Shown: in pieces, positions 18,275-28,846 of the stretch | Numbering within the stretch: the first letter of the stretch is position 1 | Layout of the letters: each line of letters starts with the position of its first letter | Assembly: GCA_937925675.1 (NCBI GenBank) | Contig: CALAME010000020.1 | Coordinates: forward strand, 15,289 to 79,288 | Direction: 5' to 3' | Length of the DNA: 64,000 bases | Source: an uncultured Paenibacillaceae bacterium | GTDB lineage: Bacteria; Bacillota; Bacilli; Paenibacillales; CALAME01 | Program-made: the position numbers and the translations under genes | The notes under the pieces: generated by a model | The model's database searches: none | The model's input: the letters and a program-made list of their open reading frames with translations, nothing else | What the model was told of the DNA's origin: nothing

Positions 18275-20529
18275 AAATTCTCTCCTTCGGGCACAATTTT
18301 AAACTCCAGGTTGTCACGAAAGCGCCAAAATCGAAACGGGGATCTTCCGGGAACTTCGACACGGAAGATTTTCGATTTTTCGCTTTCCATACCAAGCCCG
18401 GGTTCGTAAGCCGTCAACGCATATTCATAAGTTTTCCCGCGTTCGACTGTAAAATCACGCACTTCCCCGCTGTAGGCGGTTTGCAGGAGGGAAAATTCGG
18501 CTTCGCCTTCCTCGCGCCTATACACCCGGTACACATAGTGATCCGACTGGCGTTCCCAGCGGATAATAACCCCGCGGCGAGAACGATCGTATTTGGCGCT
18601 CACCTGTTCAGGCGGCGCCGGTGGCGGATACAGTTCCGGCACCTGTTCCGGACGAGGAAAAGCGCTCAGATCCATCCGGCTCCTGTGCGCGGACATGATG
18701 CGTTTAAAAAGCCTTGCCGGATACAGGCTGTCCGTTTGGATGTAATGTTCCTTGTCGGTCCGGTCGAAGCCCATCCAGACGACCGCCGTCCGATCCGGTG
18801 TATATCCGGCAAACCAGATATCCCGAAACCCTTTGTCCACACCAGGTAACCCGGTCTGTGTCGATCCGGTCTTGCCGGCCACCGCCATCCCCTCGATGCG
18901 AGCGGCCTGTCCGGTTCCCGACTGGACCGCATCCTCCAACATTTTCGTCAAATAGTAGGCGGTCCGCTCCGACACGAGCGGTTTGGAAACAGGTCGATGT
19001 TCATATACCGTGTGTCCATTGCCGTCTACGATTTTGCGGATCGCATACGGTTTCACCCATTCGCCGCCGCGGGCAAAAGCGGCATAAATGGTTGCGATCT
19101 CAAGCGGGGTCGCCCCATAGGTCAGCCCGCCCAGGGCCAGCGCCAGATGGCGATCCTCGTCCGGCAACGTAAATCCGGCACGGGACAAGAATTCGAAACT
19201 TTCATCGATTCCGATGCGATCCAAAAGCCACACCGCAGGCACATTTTTGGACAGCCTGAGCGCGTCGCGCATCCAAACTTTTCCTGAATATTTTCCATCC
19301 GCATTGCGCGGCCGATACCCGCCGAAGTCGATCGGTTCATCCGGAAGAGACGAATACGGATGCCACTCGCCTGTCTCCAGCGCCGGCGCATAGACCGCCA
19401 CCGGCTTGAACACCGAGCCGGGCTGGCGCGGCACGAGCGCCCGGTTCAAACCGCGCCTTACGCCATCTCTGCCTCCGGCGATGGCTACGATCGCGCCCGT
19501 TTCGTTATCGATGATGACCATTGCCCCTTCTACCTGCTCCCGAGGGCCGTCCGGCGGAAAGGTATCTTCATCCTGGAACGCTTCCTCTACCCTCTGTTGG
19601 GTTTCAGGATCCAGGGCCGTATAAATCCGGTAACCACCGCGGTATATTTCCCCATCATCCAATCCGGTCAGCTGCATGGCCTCCCAGATGACATAATCGG
19701 CGTATTGACCGTATAGGTGCTGCGGTTTATGTTCCGGAAACTGATAGGTTTGCTCGTTTGCGTATCTCGCCTCTTCGGCTGAAATCGCACCGATCTCGAC
19801 CATCGCATCCAGCACGAGCTTTCTCCGCTCCGACGAACGCTCCGGCTCATCTTTCGGATTGTACAGCCCCGGCGCCTTCGGGATCGCGGCCAATGTCGCC
19901 ATTTCCCACAGCTCAAGCTGTTTCAGATCTGTCTTGCCAAAATAGTACTGTGCCGCCGCCTTCACTCCGTAGACGCCGTTTCCGAAATAAATCCGGTTCA
20001 AATACGTTTCCATGATTTCATCTTTGCTGTACCGGCGCTCCAGCGCTGCTGCGACCGCCCATTCTGCCAACTTGCGCTTCCATGTTTTATCGGGGGTAAG
20101 AAAGGTGAGCTTGGCCAGCTGCTGCGTAATCGTACTGCCCCCTTGCACGTAGGAACCTTGACGCAAATCGACCAGAAAGGCTCTGACGGTGGCCAAGATG
20201 TCGATACCGGGATGACGTTCAAAACGGCGGTCCTCTATCGCGATAAACGCTTGTACGAGCAGATCGGGAATGTTTTCAAGCGATACATACTCCCGATTTT
20301 CAGCAAACAGCCGGAACGCCTCTTTGCCTTCCGCATCATATACAATCGTCGTCTGTGCCATTTGCAAAGCATCTTCATGGTCACTTAGCACTTTGTTCCC
20401 GTAGTAAGCAAATGCAAAATAGCCGCACACAAACAAAGCCGCAAAGACGGCAACCGACCATGCAGCGATCCGCCACATGATCATCGCAGTCCGATTGCGG
20501 CTTTTTTTCGCTTTTTTTCGTGATGTCAA
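18271..20529 (-). CDS. Class A penicillin-binding protein (PBP1A family) with a C-terminal FN3-like tail
   Basis: GT51 motif IEDRRFERHPGID. Transpeptidase motifs SVFK, SKN and KTG(S). N-terminal membrane anchor. Confidence 0.9.
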   Translation of the reverse strand: MTSRKKAKKSRNRTAMIMWRIAAWSVAVFAALFVCGYFAFAYYGNKVLSDHEDALQMAQTTIVYDAEGKEAFRLFAENREYVSLENIPDLLVQAFIAIEDRRFERHPGIDILATVRAFLVDLRQGSYVQGGSTITQQLAKLTFLTPDKTWKRKLAEWAVAAALERRYSKDEIMETYLNRIYFGNGVYGVKAAAQYYFGKTDLKQLELWEMATLAAIPKAPGLYNPKDEPERSSERRKLVLDAMVEIGAISAEEARYANEQTYQFPEHKPQHLYGQYADYVIWEAMQLTGLDDGEIYRGGYRIYTALDPETQQRVEEAFQDEDTFPPDGPREQVEGAMVIIDNETGAIVAIAGGRDGVRRGLNRALVPRQPGSVFKPVAVYAPALETGEWHPYSSLPDEPIDFGGYRPRNADGKYSGKVWMRDALRLSKNVPAVWLLDRIGIDESFEFLSRAGFTLPDEDRHLALALGGLTYGATPLEIATIYAAFARGGEWVKPYAIRKIVDGNGHTVYEHRPVSKPLVSERTAYYLTKMLEDAVQSGTGQAARIEGMAVAGKTGSTQTGLPGVDKGFRDIWFAGYTPDRTAVVWMGFDRTDKEHYIQTDSLYPARLFKRIMSAHRSRMDLSAFPRPEQVPELYPPPAPPEQVSAKYDRSRRGVIIRWERQSDHYVYRVYRREEGEAEFSLLQTAYSGEVRDFTVERGKTYEYALTAYEPGLGMESEKSKIFRVEVPGRSPFRFWRFRDNLEFKIVPEGENF

Positions 20530-20553
20530 TCGTCTCTGCCTCCGTTATGTAGC

Positions 20554-20793
20554 CTACCCTTCGTTGTTTTGTTCCGGCATCAACGATACATTCCGCTGCG
20601 GAGTAAAGGTGGAGATGGCATGTTTGTAAATCAGCTGTTGCCGTCCTTCACTATCGATCACGATCGTAAAATTATCAAACGCCTTTACATGACCGCGTAT
20701 TTGAAATCCGTTCGTCAAATATACCGTAACGGGAATGCTTTCCTTGCGCAATTGGTTAAGAAAATGATCCTGAATATTGATGGATTTGTTCAA
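20554..20793 (-). CDS. hfq: RNA chaperone Hfq
   Basis: [57 protein letters not shown]. Confidence 0.95.
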   Translation of the reverse strand: MNKSINIQDHFLNQLRKESIPVTVYLTNGFQIRGHVKAFDNFTIVIDSEGRQQLIYKHAISTFTPQRNVSLMPEQNNEG

Positions 20794-20828
20794 ATCAATT
20801 TACCCCCTTGGTTATAATGGTGGTTCGT

Positions 20829-21773
20829 TCATTTTTGGGCACGAATGTTTAACCTTGCTGATATTATATCATTAATCCGCTCACAGTGAGCAGAAAAATG
20901 TTCTTCATTTCCCACATCAATCCATATAATGTCCGGCATGCGGCGAAACCACGACCATTGCCGCTTGGCAAACCGGCGCGTGTTTCGTTTCAAGATCGCA
21001 ACCGCTTCCTCCAGCGTCTGTTCCCCGCGCAGGTACGGGATGATTTCCTTGTACCCGAGACCTTGCATCGAAATCGCATCTTCCGGAACCCCTTGAGCCA
21101 ATAGACGTTCCACTTCCTGGACGAGCCCGGCTTCGATCATGCGATCCACCCTCTCTTCGATGCGGCGGTACAGCTTCTCGCGCTCCATATGCAAACCGAT
21201 CACGCAAAGCTCGTATGGAGACTTTTTCTCGCCTTTACGAAAAGTTTGTGACAGCGGGACGCCGGTTTGCTCGTACACTTCGAGCGCGCGGATGATACGG
21301 CGCAGATCGTTCGGATGAATGCGCTTTGCCGACTCCGGATCCACCTCGGCCAGTTGCCGATGGAGGGCCGCCGTACCTTCCGCTAAAGCCTTCTGTTTCA
21401 TCGCTTCCCGAAACGCCCGGTTTTCACCCGTACCCCCAAAGCTGAAATCGTAACAGACCGCTTCCACATAGAGACCGGTTCCGCCGACGAGAAATGGCAA
21501 CTTGCCCCGCTCATGAATTTCAGCGATTTTCGCCCGGGCCATGCGCTGAAACTCGGAAACCGAAAACGGTTCATCGGGGTCGACGATATCAATCATATGA
21601 TGGGGAATCCGTTTTCTTTCCTCAGGCGTGGCTTTGGCCGTGCCGATATCCATTCCTCTGTACACCTGCATCGAGTCGCCGGACAAGATTTCACACTGAA
21701 ATGTTTCTGCAATTTCCAAGCTATAACGTGTTTTCCCGACCGCGGTCGGGCCGACCAGCACGAGCAGTTTCAA
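20829..21773 (-). CDS. miaA: tRNA dimethylallyltransferase
   Basis: P-loop GPTAVGKT and IPHHMID. Adjacent to hfq. Confidence 0.95.
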   Translation of the reverse strand: MKLLVLVGPTAVGKTRYSLEIAETFQCEILSGDSMQVYRGMDIGTAKATPEERKRIPHHMIDIVDPDEPFSVSEFQRMARAKIAEIHERGKLPFLVGGTGLYVEAVCYDFSFGGTGENRAFREAMKQKALAEGTAALHRQLAEVDPESAKRIHPNDLRRIIRALEVYEQTGVPLSQTFRKGEKKSPYELCVIGLHMEREKLYRRIEERVDRMIEAGLVQEVERLLAQGVPEDAISMQGLGYKEIIPYLRGEQTLEEAVAILKRNTRRFAKRQWSWFRRMPDIIWIDVGNEEHFSAHCERINDIISARLNIRAQK

Positions 21774-22561
21774 ACCTTCATCACTCCATATGCGATTGTG
21801 CCGTCCTTGTTCGGTCGGATGTCGTCAAATCCGAGCCGCCTGAGTTCCTTTCCATCCGCGTGCTCCTTGACGACTACCCTCTTGCGCGCCACACGGACCG
21901 CTTGCTCGATCGTTTCGGTGGATAACGGTTCCGGATTGGCGACCCCTCTTAACGGTTCCATGGACGCCGAATCGGTGATCGGGCGGCGAAACATCGGGTC
22001 GAAGTAGACGATGTCGAAACTTCGTGAGGGTAATGTATGCAGATAGGAGCGATGATCTGCGCACTTTAGCTTTACCCGGCGCATCGCTTCGTTGACCGCA
22101 GCGGACTCGCTTTGGTAGCGCTTGAGACCATCGCGGACGACGTAGCAGAGCGCTTTTTCGCTTTCCAGCGCAATGACCGATCCGTTTTCGCCGACAGCAT
22201 GGGCGAGCACGATCGCATCGGAAGCAAGTCCGGCCGTACCGTCGAGAACCGAATCTCCCGGCTGGACAGCGGTCGCTTCGACAAGCGGATCATATCCGCC
22301 TCTCGTGAGGCGCTCGATCCGTAAAAAGGCGGTACTCGGATGAAAGCGAACCGGTTTTTCTGCCGGATCGAAATAAAGATAAAAACCGTTTGCGGTTGCA
22401 ACCAAGAGTTGAGCCGCAGGCAAAGTTTCCATCAGTTTTTTCAGCGAATGCCGATTGCGCGGAACCCAGTTGGCTCCCAATGTGCGCGCCGCCTCTTTTG
22501 CTTCGCGTATGAGCTGTGCAGTCGTATCATAAGCGGTCGTCACCCATAGACCCAAATTCAC
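21770..22561 (-). CDS. Class I SAM-dependent methyltransferase (RsmJ / DUF548-like)
   Basis: SAM-binding VLDGTAGLASDAIVLA and FDIVYFDPMF. Start moved to GTG at 22559-22561, which overlaps the mutL stop as GTGA. The track ORF extends to 22651, inside mutL. Confidence 0.65.
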   Translation of the reverse strand: MNLGLWVTTAYDTTAQLIREAKEAARTLGANWVPRNRHSLKKLMETLPAAQLLVATANGFYLYFDPAEKPVRFHPSTAFLRIERLTRGGYDPLVEATAVQPGDSVLDGTAGLASDAIVLAHAVGENGSVIALESEKALCYVVRDGLKRYQSESAAVNEAMRRVKLKCADHRSYLHTLPSRSFDIVYFDPMFRRPITDSASMEPLRGVANPEPLSTETIEQAVRVARKRVVVKEHADGKELRRLGFDDIRPNKDGTIAYGVMKV

Positions 22562-24489
22562 ATCACCCGTTTGAACATTTTTTCCAGTTCGTAATTGGAG
22601 AAGCTGACGACGACGGGGCGTCCATGCGGACATGTAAACGGATTCCGGCATTCCCTAAGACGCGCCAGCAAGCTTTCAATCTGCTCCATCGTCAGGGCCT
22701 CATTGGCCCGAATCGATGCTTTGCAAGAGCAGGCGATCGCTGCCCGTTCGCGAAGTCGCGCCAGATCCACCTCTTTTTCAGTGACGATCCAGTGAACGAT
22801 CTCCTCGATAATTTCCCGCTCCTGTCCTCGGGGAAGCCAGTACGGATAAGACTCTACCTTAAAGGTATTCCCACCGAACGAGTGTAAATAAACACCCGCC
22901 TGTTCCAACAGAAACATCCTTGAGCGCAGCATTTCTGCCTCCGCCGCCGTCAATTCCAACGTGAGCGGGATGATCAGTTCCTGGCTGACCGGAGCAGGAT
23001 CACCGAAAACGCGGTAATAATGCTCGTACTGAATCCGCTCATGAGCCGCATGCTGGTCGATCAGATACAGGCCGTCCTCATTTTGAGCGATGATATATGT
23101 TCCTCTCATCTGACCGATCGGATACAGATACGGAAACCGGGGCTTTTTTTGCTCCTCGCGCTCTTTCATCTCACCGTCGTCCACCGCGCTCTGCGGGGTT
23201 ATTGCGCTCTCTTCTTTAGGCTCATCCTGCTTGCCCGCAGCCGTATCCGGCAAATAGTGCCGCACCGCCTCTTTGATTTTGGCCGCACTTGCCTGCTTTT
23301 CTTGCCACATGGCCGGACCGGTTCTCCTTTCTCCTGCAGGAGAAAGGCTGCCTTCTCCTGCAGAAGAAAAGCTGCTATCTCTTGCGGGAGTGAATCCGCC
23401 GCTCAGGTTGGCACGCTCGAAACGGGTCTCCGTCCATTCGATCTGTTGCTGGATCGGCTTTTTTTCTTTGATGAAGACCGAGCGGGCAGATGGAATGAGC
23501 GTGCGCTGGCCGAGAGCTTCTCTGACCGCTTGTTCTACGAACGCATACAGCTCCTTTTCCTTGCTGAATTTCACTTCCAGCTTGGAAGGATGCACGTTCA
23601 CATCGATCAGTCCCGGGTCCATCGTGATGTGCAGGACCGTGAGCGGATACCGGTTGAGCGGAAGCAAGGTATGGTACCCTTCCAGCACCGCCTTGACGAG
23701 ACCGAAATTGCGCACGTAGCGGCCATTGACGATGGTCGTTACCGCCGTGCGGCTCGCCCGCGTCCACTCCGGCAAGGAAATCCACCCATTCAATGTAAAA
23801 TCAAGGGAAGTTTTCTCGACCGGGATCATTTTTTTCGCCGCGGAAAGACCATAAATGGCCGCGATAATCTGGCGCATGTCTCCATTACCCGGCGTGGACA
23901 CGAGCGTGTTTTGATTATGCGTCAGTGAAAAGGCGATGTCCGGACGCGCGAGCGCCAACCGGTGCATAAAATCGGAAATATGACCGAGTTCCGTCTGGAC
24001 CGTTTTCATATATTTCAGCCGGGCCGGTGTGTTATAAAACAGATCGGTCACGCGGATGTCCGTTCCCCGCTCCATCGCGATCTCCTGGCGGCTGATCATT
24101 TTTCCGCCGTGGATGACCACTTTCTGGCCGAGTCCATCATCGCGAGCCGACGTCAAACACTCGACTTTGGCCACGGCAGCGATGCTCGGCAACGCCTCGC
24201 CGCGAAATCCGAGCGTAACGATCCGAAACAGGTCGTTCGTGCGGGCAATTTTGCTCGTGGCGTGGCGCAAAAAGGCGGTTTCGCAGTCCTCTTCATCCAT
24301 TCCGGTGCCGTTATCACGTACACGTATGCTTTTCAGACCGCCTTCCTCCACGTATACATCCACTTTGGTGCTGTCGGCGTCGATCGCATTTTCCACCAGT
24401 TCTTTCACAACCGATGCCGGGCGTTCCACCACTTCGCCCGCTGCGATCCGATTGGCGGTCGCCTCATCCAGAATGCGCACTTTGCCCAC
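22558..24489 (-). CDS. mutL: DNA mismatch repair protein MutL
   Basis: IAAGEVVERPASVVKELVENAIDA (GHKL ATPase) and a C-terminal dimerisation/endonuclease domain. GTG start with SD GGAGGGG 8 nt upstream. Confidence 0.95.
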   Translation of the reverse strand: MGKVRILDEATANRIAAGEVVERPASVVKELVENAIDADSTKVDVYVEEGGLKSIRVRDNGTGMDEEDCETAFLRHATSKIARTNDLFRIVTLGFRGEALPSIAAVAKVECLTSARDDGLGQKVVIHGGKMISRQEIAMERGTDIRVTDLFYNTPARLKYMKTVQTELGHISDFMHRLALARPDIAFSLTHNQNTLVSTPGNGDMRQIIAAIYGLSAAKKMIPVEKTSLDFTLNGWISLPEWTRASRTAVTTIVNGRYVRNFGLVKAVLEGYHTLLPLNRYPLTVLHITMDPGLIDVNVHPSKLEVKFSKEKELYAFVEQAVREALGQRTLIPSARSVFIKEKKPIQQQIEWTETRFERANLSGGFTPARDSSFSSAGEGSLSPAGERRTGPAMWQEKQASAAKIKEAVRHYLPDTAAGKQDEPKEESAITPQSAVDDGEMKEREEQKKPRFPYLYPIGQMRGTYIIAQNEDGLYLIDQHAAHERIQYEHYYRVFGDPAPVSQELIIPLTLELTAAEAEMLRSRMFLLEQAGVYLHSFGGNTFKVESYPYWLPRGQEREIIEEIVHWIVTEKEVDLARLRERAAIACSCKASIRANEALTMEQIESLLARLRECRNPFTCPHGRPVVVSFSNYELEKMFKRVM

Positions 24490-24541
24490 CGCTTTTTCCC
24501 CTCCTTTTCCACATGTTTAAAGCCGCCTCTTCGCTTTCCGC

Positions 24542-26053
24542 TCAGCTTTCAACGCGGAGATACAGGTGTTTGCCTGCGAAGGTGGCTTCAATCTGCGGGT
24601 ATGCTTTCCGTATTTGATCCAGCTCGATCCAGGTCGTTCCCTGTTCAAGCAAGACGGAAGTGTGGTCAACCGGGAATACGTGTCGGCGGTCATTTAATTT
24701 CAGCTCAACGGCTTGGGATTTGGCGTTCCAGCTGATTTCCGAACCGGTCAGAGCGGCGACGACGCGCGCCGGCAAAAATGCTTTGTTGTTCTGAACCCAG
24801 ACCGCAAACGGCCGGGAAATGGCAGCGCCGTTTATTTCCCATTGTCCGTCACGCCAATCGATCTCGATCGTGCGTACCCCGAGATGTTTCAGCGCCGCGA
24901 TCGTTTGTGCTGTATCCCCATGAACTTCTATATCCGGTTCAAGGCCTGTTCCATGCACTTTATGCCGTTTCGGCGTCAAATACTCTTCGATCGTCAGTTT
25001 CAAGAAAGAACCATCGCTGAGGGGGATGATCTGCTGGACACTGCCCTTGCCGTATGTGCGCGTTCCGATCAGCGTCGCCGCTTTCTGGTCCCTGAGCGCA
25101 CCGGCCAATACTTCCGACGCGCTGGCACTCTGTCCGTTCACCAGCACGACTACCGGGATGCCGAGCGTTTCCCCGCCTTTAAAGGAATGAGGCGTCAGCT
25201 GTTGGCTGCGGTCGCGTTTGTAGATGAGCGTACCTTCACTGAGAAAATGTTTGGCCATATTCTCGGCCACCTGCAAATAGCCGCCGCTGTTATCGCGCAG
25301 GTCCACAACCAGCCCTTTCATTCCCCGCTCTTTCATCTGTTTTAACCGTTCCGCAAACGTTTTTTCAGCCTCATTCGAAAAGGTCGTAAAGTGGATATAG
25401 CCGATCCGGTCGCGTTCAAGCCAAGCGGACTTGACCAGCGGCACCTGAACGGGAGCGCGGGTGACTTTCACCTTGATCTGTTGATTGAGCCGGCGGACCA
25501 CCAGTTCGACCTCTGTTCCTTCCGGACCGCGGATTTGCTCCACGAGTTCATTCAATTCTAATTCGGAAGCGTCCATTCCATTGACCGAAACAATATAATC
25601 CCCTTGCCGGATCCCGGCCCGTTCTGCCGGCGAATCCGGAAACACTTCCTCCGCTACAAAGCCGATCTCATCTTGATAGATCCGCACACCGATTCCGACA
25701 TAGTTCTGGTCGATCGATTCCGCAAACGACGCGTAACGTTCCGGCGTAAAGTATTCGGTATACGGATCATCCAGCACTTCGATCATGGCGCGGATGGCCT
25801 CGTCCGTAAGGACGTCACCGGAAGTCCCGCTGACATGATACTTCTCAATGTACTGGTAAACTTCGAGCAGTTTAGTCAGGTTGGCCTCTTCTTCGGCGGA
25901 TACCGTAACAGGCCAGACGTATGCCAGCGTGAAGGCGACAATGGTCAGTGCGGCAAGTTTCATGTTCGCGCTGAGTCTCATTTTTGCGGTGAGTCCCGTC
26001 TTCGTTTTCCATCGATTCATCCGTTTTTTCTCTCCCATCTTCACACGTATCAA
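24542..26053 (-). CDS. S41 carboxy-terminal processing peptidase with a C-terminal copper-amine-oxidase-N-like (stalk) domain
   Basis: N-terminal anchor, PDZ region, DLRDNSGGY, catalytic Ser in NGQSASASEVLAGAL, and Lys in TYGKGSVQ. The C-terminal ~100 aa resemble Cu_amine_oxidN1 repeats. Confidence 0.85.
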   Translation of the reverse strand: MIRVKMGEKKRMNRWKTKTGLTAKMRLSANMKLAALTIVAFTLAYVWPVTVSAEEEANLTKLLEVYQYIEKYHVSGTSGDVLTDEAIRAMIEVLDDPYTEYFTPERYASFAESIDQNYVGIGVRIYQDEIGFVAEEVFPDSPAERAGIRQGDYIVSVNGMDASELELNELVEQIRGPEGTEVELVVRRLNQQIKVKVTRAPVQVPLVKSAWLERDRIGYIHFTTFSNEAEKTFAERLKQMKERGMKGLVVDLRDNSGGYLQVAENMAKHFLSEGTLIYKRDRSQQLTPHSFKGGETLGIPVVVLVNGQSASASEVLAGALRDQKAATLIGTRTYGKGSVQQIIPLSDGSFLKLTIEEYLTPKRHKVHGTGLEPDIEVHGDTAQTIAALKHLGVRTIEIDWRDGQWEINGAAISRPFAVWVQNNKAFLPARVVAALTGSEISWNAKSQAVELKLNDRRHVFPVDHTSVLLEQGTTWIELDQIRKAYPQIEATFAGKHLYLRVES

Positions 26054-26069
26054 TTTGTAAATAAAGGGT

Positions 26070-28754
26070 TTAGCCCCGGATCAATTTTTGTTTCCATTCA
26101 TTGATGAAAGTAAGCGCCTCAAGCGGGGTCATGTTCATGACATCCGCCTGTTTCAATGCCTTGAGCGCCTTCTGTTCAAGCGCAGTGTACTTGCTGGCTG
26201 ACACCTCCTGTTTCTCTTCCTCCGGAAACAGGCTGAGCTGAACGGCTTCTGACAAAACGGAAGAATCGTCGTCACCGGCTTCTTCCGGGCTTTCGTGCGT
26301 GGCGTTGGTGGCCGAAGTGGCCGCAATTTCCCGGACAAATGCCCCTGGCGCGGCATCGGGTTCTGGCCTCGATTTGGCAAATTCGTTTAACAGGGAGTAG
26401 GCACGCTCAATGATCGAGTCACGCACACCGGCGAGACGGGCACAATAAATGCCGTAGCTTGTGTCCGCTGCTCCCCGCACCAGTTTGCGCAAAAACACCA
26501 CTTCACCCTCGTTCTCTTTCACCGCCATCGAATAGTTTTGCAAATATGAAAGTTCATCTTCGAGGCGGGCCAATTCATGAAAATGGGTGGAAACCAGCGT
26601 CTTGCAGCCGATATGATTGTGGATGTATTCGATAACGGCTTGCGCGATCGCCATTCCTTCCCCCGTGCTCGTTCCCCGGCCCAACTCATCGATAATGACC
26701 AGACTTTTCGGTGTGGCTTCATCCGTCATGACCCGGATGTCTTTCATTTCCATCATAAACGTGCTGCTGCCGCCAGCCAGATCATCCGCAGCGCCGATCC
26801 GCGTAAATATGCGATCCACGAGCGGAATGCTCGCTTCATCAGCCGGCACAAAACAGCCGATTTGTGCCATGATCGAGATCAGCGCCACCTGACGCATATA
26901 CGTACTTTTCCCGGCCATGTTCGGACCGGTAATCAACAGCGTACGCGCCCGATCCTGTTCAAAATGGACGTCGTTGCGGATAAATGTCTCTTCTTTCAGC
27001 ATCGCCTCCACGACCGGATGACGGCCGTTTTTGACATGCATGTCGTATCCGTCATGAAGGTTTGGACGCGTATATCCATATTCGTCGCTCACGCGGGCAA
27101 ACGACTGGTATACATCGATTTCCGCCACCACTTCAGCGAGTTTTTGCAGGCGCCCGGTTTGCTCCGCCAGCCAATTGCGAAGTTCAACAAACAGTTCGTA
27201 TTCGATATCCGCCATTTTTTCTTCCGCTTCCAGAATCAGCGCTTCTTTTTCCTTCAACTCCGGTGTGACGAACCGTTCAGCATTGGCCAGCGTCTGTTTC
27301 CGTTCATATCGACCAGGAGGAAGAGCGGATAAATTGGCACGCGTCACTTCGATATAGTAACCGAACACTTTGTTGAAGCCGACTTTCAGCGATTTGATTC
27401 CCGTCGCTTCCCGTTCTCTCTGTTCCAACTCGGCAATCCAGCGTTTTCCCTCTTTGCTTGCCGTGCGCAGTTTGTCCAGGCGCTCATCATAACCGCTCCG
27501 GATAATGCCGCCTTCACGGACCGAGACCGGCGGGTCGTCGGCGATCGCTCTTTCGATTTGTTCTGCGATGTCCGCGCACGGATCGATCGAGTCTACCAAT
27601 CGGCTCAACGTGCTCGATCCCGCTTCCTTGCAGATCGCAATCAGCGCCGGAATTTCCTTTAACGAAGTTTTCAATGCGATCAGGTCGCGGGCATTGGCAC
27701 TGCCGTACGCGATGCGACCGACCAGTCGCTCCAGGTCATATACATTTTTCAGCTTGCTGATGATTTCTTCACGGACAATGAGCTGATCTTTCAGCGCACC
27801 TACCGCTTCCAGCCTTCGTTCGATCGCCTCCAGATCGAGCAGGGGCCTGTCCACAAAACGGCGCAGCAGCCTCCCGCCCATAGCGGTCACCGTCCGGTCA
27901 AGAAGCCAGAGCAAGGTGCCCTCTTTCCCCCCATCCATGACCGTCTCCTTCAGTTCCAGGCTTTTGCGGGTAAAAGGATCCAGCGTCATGTATTGGCGGG
28001 GTTCATAGGTGCGGATGCGCGTAATATGCGAAAGCGACCGCTTTTGGGTTTCCTTTAAATAAGACAACAAAAGCTTCAGGCAAGTTGCACCGGGAGGTGA
28101 AAGTTTCTGGATTTCATGAGCGATAGGAATTCCATCCGTTTCCACCGTTTCTTGCGAACGCGGTGTAACCGTCACTGTTTTGCGGTAGTAAGCCAGACGC
28201 GAGCGGATGTGCTTTTCATCTTCGGGGAACACGACGATTTCCGATGGGGTAAATACCATCAGTTCATCTAACAGACGGTCGAATGAACCGCTGACCCTCG
28301 TAAAGTACAGCTCTCCCGTCGTCAAATCACAGGCAGCCAACGCATATGTATCCTTTGAACGGACAACAGCGGCAATATAGTTGTTTGACTTGTCGTCAAG
28401 CGACCGCTGCTCCATGACCGTGCCCGGTGTGACGATGCGGACGATCTCCCGTTTGACCACGCCTTTTGCCGTCTTCGGGTCCTCTACTTGCTCGCAGATG
28501 GCCACTTTGTAGCCTTTGGCCACGAGGCGGGCAATGTACTGATCTGCGGAATGATACGGGACGCCGCACATCGGTATGCGCTCACCATCGCTGTGCCCGC
28601 GCCCCGTCAATGTAATTTCCAATTCCCGTGCAGCAAGCACAGCATCATCAAAAAACAGCTCATAGAAGTCACCGAGCCTGAAAAACAAAAAAGCATCGGG
28701 AACTTGCGCCTTGATCTGCATATATTGCTCCATCATCGGCGTCAGTTTGGACAT
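26070..28754 (-). CDS. mutS: DNA mismatch repair protein MutS
   Basis: MSKLTPMMEQYMQIKAQVPDAFLFFRLGDFYELFFDDA, Walker A GPNMAGKSTYMRQ, and DELGRGTST. Start set to ATG at 28754 by comparison with the B. subtilis N-terminus. The track start at 28787 is TTG. Confidence 0.95.
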   Translation of the reverse strand: MSKLTPMMEQYMQIKAQVPDAFLFFRLGDFYELFFDDAVLAARELEITLTGRGHSDGERIPMCGVPYHSADQYIARLVAKGYKVAICEQVEDPKTAKGVVKREIVRIVTPGTVMEQRSLDDKSNNYIAAVVRSKDTYALAACDLTTGELYFTRVSGSFDRLLDELMVFTPSEIVVFPEDEKHIRSRLAYYRKTVTVTPRSQETVETDGIPIAHEIQKLSPPGATCLKLLLSYLKETQKRSLSHITRIRTYEPRQYMTLDPFTRKSLELKETVMDGGKEGTLLWLLDRTVTAMGGRLLRRFVDRPLLDLEAIERRLEAVGALKDQLIVREEIISKLKNVYDLERLVGRIAYGSANARDLIALKTSLKEIPALIAICKEAGSSTLSRLVDSIDPCADIAEQIERAIADDPPVSVREGGIIRSGYDERLDKLRTASKEGKRWIAELEQREREATGIKSLKVGFNKVFGYYIEVTRANLSALPPGRYERKQTLANAERFVTPELKEKEALILEAEEKMADIEYELFVELRNWLAEQTGRLQKLAEVVAEIDVYQSFARVSDEYGYTRPNLHDGYDMHVKNGRHPVVEAMLKEETFIRNDVHFEQDRARTLLITGPNMAGKSTYMRQVALISIMAQIGCFVPADEASIPLVDRIFTRIGAADDLAGGSSTFMMEMKDIRVMTDEATPKSLVIIDELGRGTSTGEGMAIAQAVIEYIHNHIGCKTLVSTHFHELARLEDELSYLQNYSMAVKENEGEVVFLRKLVRGAADTSYGIYCARLAGVRDSIIERAYSLLNEFAKSRPEPDAAPGAFVREIAATSATNATHESPEEAGDDDSSVLSEAVQLSLFPEEEKQEVSASKYTALEQKALKALKQADVMNMTPLEALTFINEWKQKLIRG

Positions 28755-28788
28755 GGACGGATCAACCCCGTATCGGTATACTATCAAA

Positions 28789-28812
28789 ATTGTTCATTTT
28801 ATTGTTCATTTT
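28789..28812. repeat. Perfect tandem 12-nt duplication attgttcatttt x2
   Basis: 28789-28800 and 28801-28812 are identical. They lie 35-58 nt upstream of the mutS start. Confidence 0.9.
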
Positions 28813-28846
28813 TGGATCGTTGTTTTCTCATTATATCACAATCTGA

